A DNA stretch of 64,000 bases from Owenia fusiformis (taxonomy: Eukaryota), in NCBI GenBank assembly GCA_903813345.2, contig CAIIXF020000001.1, forward strand, positions 29,698,001-29,762,000, read 5' to 3'. This document shows positions 25,184 to 36,553 of this stretch, piece by piece. Positions within the stretch are counted from its first letter, which is position 1; each line of letters starts with the position of its first letter. The position numbers were made by a program, and so were the translations under genes. A model generated the notes under the pieces. The model did no database searches and was not told where the DNA came from. It worked only from the letters and a program-made list of their open reading frames with translations.

Positions 25184-26385
25184 ATATAACGTGTAGTACT
25201 ATTATCTTATTATTATTATTAGTGATGGTGGTGGGAGATACTGTTTCAGCACTGATGTTTATAAGAACTAGGCAGTCATATGTAAACATTTTAAGACCTG
25301 GTTGCTTAGTACATATTTTTTGTACATTATCTAGATGTTGAAATTAGTCATGTTCATCAATTGTGTTCATTGTAATAGTTAAGTTAACATCAAAAGTATG
25401 TTCTTTTTTGCGCCAAAATTAGGCATTGTGGGTATCCATGAGCTTGGTTAGAGAAACTGTGTTCACATTTAGCTTGTCCGGGAGATCTGAAGTAAGATGT
25501 TACTTTGGTTAAATGGATTAGATGTTTTAAAAGTTAAGACTATGTGTTCATAATCATATTAACCTAATGGTACTGCAAGCCAGTTATTTCTTGTGTTCAA
25601 GTAAAATACATATTTGTCATGTATTGATGCAATTCTCATACCTTGTGTACTACATTTTTAGTACTTTGTATTTTTTGTACAGCACATCTTTGTAAATATA
25701 TACAGCTACAGATATACATTTATTTTATTTTTCATACTAACCATTGTAAATTGAAAATCTTAAAACTTGAAAGTTTTTTGAGGTTTGTACATATGTATCA
25801 TAGCTATTACTTTTGTAAAGTAAAATTATATAAAATATATTCTATATATACAGTATAGTTTGAAGAGGAGATTAATTTGCCTCCATAGACTGGTAAAAGG
25901 ATAGTCATATTTAGTTTATATACGATATTGTAATGATTACTCCAGTGGAGTTACCACTCAGACATAATCAAGGAGAGTTAAGATTAATTAAGGACAGTAG
26001 CCTAGATTAGATAAGTAAAATAAGAACTGTAGCTATAATCAATGTCTCGACAAACATGCCTAGGTAGGCAAAGTTCTTTTCATCTTTTTTATTATTATTA
26101 ATTTTTGCATTTTGCAATTTTCTTTTATATTATATTCTCTTTTGTCACATAAGGTGTTGAAGTGTTATATTTCACTGCATCTCATAGACCTGATTATTTA
26201 GTTTGTAAATCACTGTGTAACAACACTAATCAAGGAAGGATTATATAGCTTAACGTATGCTTGAATTGGGGATTCTATTACAATATATTCAGTTATTGCA
26301 TACTCTTTTTTATATAACTTGATAAAATTCTATCTTGTACAAGTGAGGAAAGTAAAGGCCAATAAAATAAAGAAATTTCTACATC
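25184..26385 (+). other. MYC: Probable Myc 3' UTR (end approximate), poly(A) signal AATAAA at 26361-26366
   Basis: AU-rich sequence after the stop codon; AATAAA followed by a U/GU-rich stretch near 26405-26420. Confidence 0.5.
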
Positions 26386-28093
26386 TTAAAATCTAGAAAT
26401 CTTCATGTTTGTATTTATTTTGACTGACCTTTAAAATTTAAAGGGCTATGGGAATTTAAATGTCTATTGTGTTGATCTACCCATGTTTAACCAAAAGCAT
26501 AGGTTTACTAGTGTTTGGCGGGAAATTCTGAATAGAAAGCAAATAAGCTTATATACAGCCAAAGGAATGTAGCATATAACTTAACACATAGACTTGATAA
26601 GTACTGAAGTTGATCTCTTTGCTGACTTAGTGATCTCAATTGAATTTATCATATACTTATGAATGAAATCTAGATACGACATGCATATCGCGAATAATAC
26701 ACTAAGTAAGTACTCGTTTGAGAGTCTAGAAAGGTTACAGTATTAGTCTTTGACGTGACCTTGACAAACAACTTCATTTAAGATTGTTTTTGCGTTAAGG
26801 ACTTCTCAGAAACTAAACTATTGCAATTTATACTTTCTGAAGAGTTCCAATCGCATTCATTTAGAGTACTCCACTATTAAAACAAAACCACTTTGACCAT
26901 AAACCTGATAAAATGTCAAATGGATAGTCTCCCATCCCATGATATCAATGATAAGCCTCAAGGAGATGCAGTACATTTTGTCTGTAACCCTCCAGCTCCT
27001 TATCACCAAATATTAGCGGTTATGAAAATAATGACTGGAATCCATGTGTAATAACACTATCATTCAAACATATTGCTATCTTATTCAATGTGGGAGGGAC
27101 TGCTTGGTATACAAAGTTGACAAGTTGTTCAACAGTATACCAACAGATTTCATAATTCTTAGAGCTCTATAGAAATTTGAATTCCATTGTGAAAAGAGTT
27201 TGACTGGACAACCCCTTTAATATAAACTGATGTTTTATGTCTCGTTGAAATAAAGATAATACAGCTGAGCAAAAGTACAGCAGTTACTTTTCATCATTTG
27301 AGGAAAAGAATACGATACAAGATAGCATATGACATAAAAACTCCACACATGACTGTTTAACCCAATACATTCTTAAGTAGCCAAGAACAGGGAACCAACC
27401 CTAATGTCTGACATCTGATCCTCAGTTGAACGACTTGAGACCAGCAATCAGCTGTTTTTTGACAAAACTCAATCTGTGGTTTTGATGGAGCTTTACTTCT
27501 GCTTCGTTTGTCATATCTATTTGCCATGTTTGCATCTGGTCCCAATGAAGGAAACATTCCTGCCTCTCGCAACAACTCCAAGTATTTATCCAAATCATCT
27601 TCCATCACTTGTGAAGAAGCTATCCATTGAACAAGTTTGTTCTTATTGTCCTAAAATGTGGGATGAATACTAGGGATCGTGTCCAATTATCAAGAGTAAT
27701 GGAATAACAAAGTTAGTTCCACTAGGAGGGGGGGGGGTTGATTATGTTTTTTTATGTTTTATTGTTTTTCCATCTTGATAATTTGACACAATCCCTATAT
27801 TGAAAATCTCGGTGTCATTAAAATAAAAATTTATCATGATTATCTCTGAAAACTGTCATAATGTGATATATTTTCACTATGTTCACTTAGGTTTTCAAAT
27901 ATGAAGAATGCAGATATGGTACAAAAGACATAATATGTAAAACATTTTTATTGTTTCTCCTGGCATTGGCTGATTGAAAATCACAATACATTTCCAAAGA
28001 ATCAAACCCTGTATAGACTGTTGGTCAAGATCATATTAGCACAGTTCGGCAATTCAGTAATATAGGTGGCAGCACTTTACGGATAGTACTCTC

Positions 28094-28231
28094 ATGATTT
28101 TTTTCAACAAAATTTTCTCAAAAATGCCTCTAGTTGTCGTATTGGGGGCAACAGGAGCTGGAAAATCCAAACTAGCTCTGGAGATCGCAACAAAGTTTAA
28201 TGGGGAAATCATAAGTGCAGATTCTATGCAG
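28094..28231 (+). CDS. TRIT1: tRNA dimethylallyltransferase exon 1
   Basis: [47 protein letters not shown]-loop and ISADSMQ motif of the MiaA/Mod5/TRIT1 family. Phase-0 donor CAG|GTATAA. Second in-frame ATG at 28124. Confidence 0.93.
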
Positions 28232-28469
28232 GTATAACGACACAAATTACATGTTAAAATCTGCTAAAATGTTTGTGGGCGATAATAGAGGTTCTGACTT
28301 CATGTTTCCTTGATTTTTAGATAATTTACTCGTGTACCTCGTGTCTTATGAAGTTTCAGTCATTAGTAAATAACTAATATGTGATTCCAAGTAGGTATAG
28401 AAGGTTGAACAGTTGACAGGTTTATCTTTATCCTTATTTGCTGTTGTAATCACGAGGAATCACCCCCTA

Positions 28470-28864
28470 CAGTCTGTTACACTGCTTCAAAGGCAAGCAG
28501 TTGAACCTGAAAATTAAGAAATCTATAGACCATTGTGCCATAATATATAGAAAAATATATTCATATTGCACACGAATGACATTTGTATATTTCAGATTAT
28601 TCAGTGTTTAGTGCAATAAGCCTGTGCCCTCTTGTAATTTGAGGTCTGTCCGCCATGTTATTTTTTTGAGAATTAACATGGTAGAGAAGCATCAAAATAT
28701 AAGAGGTTACAGAGTTTATGAGCCAATTTACAAGCAATCCAACATATACAAATGTCATTTGTATGCAATATGAATATATTTTTCTATATATTATTGCACA
28801 ATATTATTTAGATTTCTTATATTTCAGGTTTAACTGCTTGCCTTTGAAGCAGTGTAACAGACTG
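28470..28864. mobile_element. Palindromic MITE with TA TSD (Tc1/mariner-type) in TRIT1 intron 1
   Basis: TA|CAGTCTGTTACACTGCTTCAAAGGCAAGCAG ... CTGCTTGCCTTTGAAGCAGTGTAACAGACTG|TA; inverted arms extend ~120 bp or more. Confidence 0.85.
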
Positions 28865-29784
28865 TAGTATGTATCCAACAGAATATTCGGTCTGTTATGA
28901 TTGATATATTTCCTGTGGAAATCGCGGTGATATTTTTTGCACATTAATTTCTCGTTTATTATAAGAATGTTCACCTTGAAAATTGGTGAATATGTTGAAG
29001 AGATGTTCATCTTAAACTATAAGCAAAAATATTTGTATAAGGCGGGTACAAGTTGATATAAAATAATGAAATGTTCAGACTCACCGAAACTTCAGGATGT
29101 GTTCATAAGTAGATCGCGAAATCAATGTCAAGGACGTTTGAGTTCACGAGATCCAAACGAGATATGCAAATTTTGAACTTTGACAACACATGACCACTTG
29201 ATTACCTCGGCCTTCTTCATGAATATTTCCGCTCTATTTACTATAAATGAAGAAAATTAATCGGGATAATGATAATAAATGACTAGATCTAATAAATTCC
29301 CGCACAAATGGAATTTAGCAATACGCTTCCGTAATGTTGCTCCCGCTCCACGTGTTATTTGTTTATAAATAGACTGACGTCACTGGCTAAATCTCGTTTA
29401 TCGTGAGAATTGGCATTGCCAAAATGGCTTGACCTAATCAATGGCTTCGCTACAAGAAGCGTCTGTACATTTTATGAATATCTTCAGTAAGAGGACAATA
29501 TACGAAAAAATAATATTGTGAGTTCTTTATAAGGTAATCATTTTATCATTAAACAAACTTATTTGTAACATTTATACAACACCACATTTTACAATAGGTG
29601 ACTTACAGTCTGGATATTTATTCAGACGAAGGATACAGTCTAAATCACCCCCTCCCTCTGTATTACATACAGTAGAGGGAGCGACTGAATCCCCGTGCTT
29701 GTAATAACCCATGGGCACTCAGGGGAGCTGAAGTGTAACGAGCCAGATACAGACATAAAAGTCAAGCGAATGTGCTAAATTCAA

Positions 29785-29860
29785 TGCCCCATGTGGGAAT
29801 CAAACTCAGGACCTTCCGCTCACGCTCCAGTCTGATGCCCTACTGCTCTATGGCTAGCCA
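29785..29860 (-). repeat. Degenerate tRNA-derived sequence (SINE head or tRNA pseudogene)
   Basis: Minus strand reads ...TAGAGCAGTAGGGCATCAGACT...AAGGTCCTGAGTTTGATTCCCACATGGGGCA: A-box-like and B-box-like motifs at tRNA spacing, but no intact cloverleaf. Confidence 0.45.
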
Positions 29861-30337
29861 TTACAGCTAGGCTGTAGCAGCGACCCAGCAGCGACTTGCT
29901 ATTGAGGGTCATTACACCATCATGCATCGCATATAGGTTACCTCTTTCAAAGGGTGATTGATCTGATAGAGCAGCCTTTGCACGCCCCCTACTTCAGAAT
30001 CATGGCGCTTGTATATCTCCAAATGTTCCCGACATCTCCATTCTCCATTTGCGAAAGTCTGTAAATTACCAGCAGCTTTTCTTTATCCTCAAATGGATAT
30101 ATTTTCTACTGACAAAGCAAAATGATGGCTTTGACAGAAATTCACAAAGTAGTGTTCGAAATCTCTGGATGTAGGTTACTGGAGATTTAGCAATTCATTA
30201 ATTTTGTGACATCTTCTTCCGTCAAAACCGATTCAACTCATGAATCTTGGTAATATCTGATTAACCGATGTGACAGGCAATTCTGTATATTTTTTTATTG
30301 TTTGAAATATTTAAATTTTGTTGTCAATATGTTTCAG

Positions 30338-30478
30338 GTATACAAAGGCTTAGATATCATTACTAATAAAGTGACCCCTGAAGAACAAGTGCATTGCAAG
30401 CACCATTTATTGGATTATGTTGACCCTCTGGTCACCTCATACAGGGTGACAGATTTCCGGGATGCTGCTTTACCTATT
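30338..30478 (+). CDS. TRIT1: TRIT1 exon 2
   Basis: VYKGLDIITNKVTPEEQVHCKHHLLDYVDPLVTSYRVTDFRDAALPI; acceptor TTTCAG|; U12-type donor |GTATCCTT. Confidence 0.93.
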
Positions 30479-31104
30479 GTATCCTTCAATAACATTTAGT
30501 TAACTTTTGAAATTCACATGTCAGGGATTTCATATAAGAAAAAAATAATACCATTTTTTTACCAGAATGCTTTTTGATTTGAATATGTAATGATTATCAT
30601 AAATACGTGTACCACCAATATAGAATAGAATCAATATTATTGTCTGAATTTTCCAATTTTACCATAGTGTTAGAAACAGACCTTTGAAACTGCAAGCGCC
30701 TCCTCGTCTCCAGAAAATGACAGAATTTATAATTTCCAATGAAGAACATTTGCATGCTCACAATAACAAACTATCAAGAATGAAATCAATGAGTGTATAC
30801 ATAAATATTGTTCAATTGTATGCGATAAAAATTCTAAATTCATGATTCATATTGATTTTATATAATTCATACCTTTTTGAATAAACCATCACTGACAATT
30901 CATATTAAAGTTCGAAGTTTTGAATTCCAAAAGCAAGTTCCAAATCCATTCCATTTCTGTGCTAGCCCTAGTTTACATGAATATTTTCCCCTACCCTAAG
31001 GCCGGGAGCCCAATATTTGTAGCCGAAGCTTCCTTTAAGGAAGTAAAATCAAATGAATCACTAAAAGTACTGGAAAGGTAATATTTCTTTAACTGCAGTT
31101 CTAG
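30479..31104 (+). other. TRIT1: U12-type (minor spliceosome) GT-AG intron, TRIT1 intron 2
   Basis: 5' splice site GTATCCTTC; branch-point-like TTTCTTTAAC at 31084-31093, about 12 nt from the AG; no polypyrimidine tract. Confidence 0.85.
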
Positions 31105-31206
31105 ATAGCTGATCTTGAGAAGCAGAGGAAGCTAGCAGTAATTGTTGGAGGTACTAACTATTACATAGAGTCATTGCTGTGGAACTTTGTCTTAGATGAC
31201 AACCAG
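31105..31206 (+). CDS. TRIT1: TRIT1 exon 3
   Basis: IADLEKQRKLAVIVGGTNYYIESLLWNFVLDDNQ (conserved VGGTNYYI motif); acceptor TTCTAG|; donor CAG|GTACGT. Confidence 0.93.
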
Positions 31207-31215
31207 GTACGTTTT

Positions 31216-31348
31216 TAGTCTAGCTACAAGCCTCTGTGACCCTACCCCCTCCCATTACCCTACCCCCTCCCATTACTTGACCACTCACCTTCTCACACGA
31301 GGGTGTGTAGTGGGGGGGGAGGGCTCACAAGGGCCTGTAGCTAAACTA
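31216..31348. mobile_element. Small hairpin MITE (TAGTCTAGCTACA ends); second copy at 1429-1547
   Basis: TAGTCTAGCTACAAG ... CTGTAGCTAAACTA with C-rich and G-rich arms; possible GTTTT TSD. Confidence 0.7.
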
Positions 31349-34300
31349 GTTTTTTCATAATTTAAAATACCAATGAGCTTGTCAGTTGTAGGGAATACAT
31401 GATCATGTTAATATAATTATACTTGTATTATACTCACCATCAGCCTGTCATGCATTAAAATAACTAAATCATGACATGCGCTATCCAGGGTACATCAAAG
31501 TACATGCATCTATCCACATATAACTGGAATAAATTATGAAAAATCAATTAACGCATCAGGAAATAAAACAATACAAATATCATATGGCATTGCCCGTATA
31601 GTTCAAGTGAAGTAAAAATCATTAGGAGACCATAATTATAAAAGTGTCAATTTAATGAGTTCAATACGCTTACTACATTATGGGAAAGCTGAAACATGTC
31701 CCATGAATCACAACTCGAAAGCGATAAATAATTATTTACAGAATGAAATAAAAAGGATGATTAGTACTTTTGCGTAAAAATCAATTTTTGTAACATTTGT
31801 TTTATTTTGTTTGTAACATTTAGAATATGCATTGTTTAAAATCTGCAATTATCTTATAATCCTTTTTGTTATTGATTTGAGGTAATTAGATAACATAATC
31901 TTGAGTTTATAACTAATCATGTAATATTTAAACAAGATCTCTTTCATGTCATGATGTCCGATTGGGGAAAAAGCACTGTTCATTTTACTGCATGTTTATA
32001 TAGAATGGCTGAAATATTTATTCATTAAATATTGATACGGTTTCCAGTGCATCAATACTATAACGTAAATGATAAAACAGAATAATGAAAATGTAAACCC
32101 AACAGACTTTAATATATCAAGATTTGTAGTAATTTTTTATTTCATAGCTGAATAGCTTTAAATACAGGGTTTGTGCTGTCAATATGGTAAGATGCACTCA
32201 CTACTCATATAGCATCAAGGCTTTAGCCTAATTAACATTCATCTTGCATCTTCCAGACAGGTAATTTATGTCATTAAGTGATTTAACCAGGTGGATGAAA
32301 AAATTAGCAAACACATTTGTTCATTCTCATTAATAACAATCTAATTAATATCACACCTTCATGAGGATGTTGAATGTTGATTAATCATAATGTCCAATTT
32401 TTTTTTTCGGAATTGGCATTCTACAAACTGTATATGCATTCCTTAATCTTGGACCTAGTGATTATATTAAGAAATCAGGATGAGACTTCATGAAAAATCA
32501 ATTAGTGAAAAATCTCCTCACAGATGCTGCTTTGCGTTAGTTGATGTATTTTAATTCTGTTTCGCATGTCATGTTGAGCTGTCAGGGACCCCCGAGAGAA
32601 ATATCAGGTATAAAGTTACTTCCTTTGCGTAGGTACATTGTAGATACAAACATGTCTTCATAAAAACTGCATTTGAAATAAAAATGTTTGAACTTGTTCA
32701 TAAAACTAACACATAGCTCTGTATACCACAACACTTTGATCTGTTTGGTGTTTACAATGCATTGTTATATCAGGCACAAAAATAGTGTTATAATTAGGAT
32801 GGCCTCTGTCCTTATTAACTAAGGTACATTCATGGGTAAATTGTTCCATGGACCATGGGTTTGTTAAGGGGTTCAAGTACCCGAACTCCTTCAACAAAAT
32901 TTAAAATATTATCAATATTTGACAAAATTTCAGGTCAAATTCAGCCTGACACTTGGTATAGGCATAGTAGGGCAAGACTTGCTTCTTGTTTGGTTTTCAG
33001 TTTTTCAAAAGTAGCAACAGCGTATGAGGCATCTTGTTCAAGAGGCTGTCTCAACAAGTATTTTTCACACCAAATCAACATACCAAATATTTGACTTTTG
33101 ATATTGGTTTCATTAAACAAATATCTCAATTATTTTATCTTAGTATCATAAAACTGTGTTTTTGATTATTTATTTAGACAATCTTTTGATTCACAATATT
33201 TATCAGCTATTATCCGAAGTACAAATAAAACGCAAAATGATATTATCTTGACAAAATTCTTTGGTTTGTTATGTTGACAGTTTTGTATCAATTAGAGAGG
33301 AAAATATACCAGGTAAATATCCTTGACTATTGTGTATATTTTTGAACACAAAAATTGATTTACTAAACAATGGTACTACTTTCTGATCAATACGTGTCTT
33401 TAGATTTCTTTGTTTTGAAATGTTGTAACTCTTTCGATTCATTCAGACCCTCCCGGATCTTGCAAAATGTGCAGATGCAAAAATCGTTAAAATTATTTTG
33501 ACTTCTGAACTTTATTATTTATTAAAGATCTGTTGACTTTTTTATTTGAGTGTATTAATGTTAATGTTGACAGATAGGTGTCGTTACTTTTGTTTTTAAA
33601 GTAGGGAAAAACTTGGCCATTGTAGGAATCCCTGAAATTCTGAGGGAAATTCTTTTAATTTCCATATTTTCTGTCCATCTGTCCGAATGGGCAATAACTT
33701 ATAAAATATATGAGTCAACCAAATTAGTATCACAATTGGGTGAAAGATGTAACATACTGTATTTTCTATCATCACCCAAAGAGCGCACGTAACTTTTAAC
33801 ACAAAAACAGTCTCAGGAAAATGCCTTCTGGATTTCAAGAAATGTCCTTTTTTCTAAATATAATATCAGTTTTGGGAAGTTTTAGAGTTTGATTCATTGT
33901 TTTTGCAAAATTTATGATTTTTTAGGAAACTAGAGATTTGTTGATAAACATGTATTAAGAAGTACATATACATTAATCTTCAAGTGTCAATTTTTGGGTT
34001 ATTATCAAGTATAATTTTAAAACTTAACCGATTTATTATTTTGTGGTTAAACTGGAACAAACATGAAATATTTTGTTACCCTGTGAATTTTTAGCGTGTG
34101 GTCTACCTACCTATCCCATAACTAGTAGATTTGATTTATATAAAAATACTCAGCATTTACTTTCAACTGTTGATATGTGGTATTAAAGGAAATATGGTAC
34201 AGGCGTATTGACATAAATATCTTATTTCGTGTAATTTTTATTTGCGGCAAATAAGGACATAAAACCACACAGGAAACTGAACTATCTTCGCTCAAAAGAC

Positions 34301-34964
34301 TTCGTAAAAAGCAAATGAACTTAACTCTAATAATACGTCTGTGATTCCTGAATGGCTTGCTATTCAAAAACTGGCCTTTTTGGCATTTTCACCGATTATA
34401 CTTATTGGCATTAAGTACAAACACGCAAAATGCAACTTCTTAGAAATGTTCTTTTTAAAAATTACAAGTGTGTCTGAGTTTATTCAAATAGCAATAAATG
34501 TTATTTGAGTAGGCTGTTAAGTGGTACATAGAGGTGTAAACTTGACGCCAATAGTAGGAATAAGTTTTATGATTAATATTCAAAATTTTATCAAAATGAT
34601 ATCTTTGGGATCTACATATAGCACATCTACGAAAATTGTATATATATATAATAGGATTTATTTGTACTGATGTCCTTTTAGGGCCAAACGTACATCCAAA
34701 CATACAATTTTCATTAATGACAGTAAAAATAGCAATAAAGTAAAGAAAATATATTGAAAAAAATATTAACATGTAATATTTTTATCACACCCTTGTTATC
34801 GCACCCTTGGGTGCTATATTGTGCTCAATTTGCCGAGTGGTCATATGGGCGGGCGGTTGGGCGGGCAGGTTTATGAAAAATCTTGTTTACAGGTTTCTAG
34901 CCAAAGCATTTCCGAAATCTGTGTCTTTTTCAAATATAATAGCTTCAAATATTTTAATATAATC

Positions 34965-35120
34965 GGCAGGAAAGTTCGTCTGTTATATTATCGACAGGAA
35001 AGTTAACTTGTTATATTATCAGCAGGAAAGTTAGCCTGTTATATTTTCAGCAGGAAAGTTAGCCTGTTATGTTTTCAGCAGAAAAGCTAACCTGTTAAAT
35101 TTTCAGCAGGAAAGTTAGCT
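34965..35120. repeat. 28-bp minisatellite, ~5.5 copies, following a truncated HINE-like 5' end (34779-34920)
   Basis: Unit AGCAGGAAAGTTAGCCTGTTATATTTTC repeated with substitutions. Confidence 0.85.
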
Positions 35121-36553
35121 ACGGGACTATTTTTTCTGTTGATAGACATATGTTGTGCTCCGCCTCCAGAATTCTACCTTTTGATGGAGCACACGCGTGC
35201 CATTTTGTAACCCCTTTCTTAGTTGTTGTCACTCATTTCCTCACAGTTATACCCAATATGGTTCTCTCAGGTTTAACTACTGTTCCTAATTCAAGTGACT
35301 TTTAAGGAGCGTGTTCTTATTTATGGCTATTGTAAAGTAAAAAAAATGTACCAGAATACATTGCACTCATAATGATTTCCCTTGATTATGTTTTTATAAA
35401 TAAACTTTGAAAAATTCAAAAATATGTCCTTGAAATTTAATGAGGAAGTCTTTAAGTTTTAAAGTTCATATTTTTGATGTGGTGGTGTTTATTTTTGACA
35501 GGTTTGAGGTTAATCATACCAGGAGATGACTGTTTTCAACTGTTTTTGTGCATTGAGAGGGAAGCAAAGCAGGACTTCCCAATTCCCTAATTGCTGGGAA
35601 CATCTAATCTCACAACAATGGGCAATGACACTTTTTGATTTTTTGAAAAATTATATTTTATTTGAAATGATGCAAAATGCTATTAATCATACTTGATTTA
35701 AAACTTTGGTAATACATCATAAACTGTAGTTTTTCCATAAGTAATGGACATTTAAAATATAATACTTTTTGTTATACATGTGTATGTTTAAAGAAATATT
35801 TCTATACATTTTATATTTTCCCATTTATCAACATTTTGATTCATAAGGTTGTTATAACTTCACCTTTATAATTCAAAAATGAATCCACATTTACTGAATT
35901 AACAAAATAAAATGCCAATATATATTCTCAAGTAAAGATGTAACGGAACCTTGTTATGATTATGTAAGATAAACATCAGTTCAAGGGATGTTCCAATCTA
36001 ATTAAGGGCTGCTAGTGAAACAAATATTTGGACACTTTTGATTGCTTCTGTTAAAAACTTATTGCATGACACACCACAAAGTAACAGGACAGAAAATAAG
36101 CATTTGCATCCAAGGTGTGTTAAAACCACCTTGGAACTCGAAGATGATTTATCAATTTAGAACATCATAAGATCATGGATGAGTATAGCAAGATAATGCA
36201 ATTTATGATACCATTGTTACACTTTTCAGTCTTTGATTGGTCAAACATAGGTCACATGACAGAATATAATCCATGATATTTACCATATTCACCAGTCATA
36301 CATAAATTAATAGGGAATACATCCTGGTAATGCCTACTCAGAAAAATGAAGGTTGAGATTATGAAATAATGAATCCTTTAAATAAATATTTGATCAGTTC
36401 AAAATTATGAGAAATAGTTCAGTCTGATAAACATTACCAAGAAATGTCTTGAATTTTGAAGATCCTCTGCCTGTATGTAGATATATACATGTATTTGGTT
36501 CTTTTGAAAACTGTTCCTTTTAGAGAGGCACACAGAAAGGTACATTCGGACAG

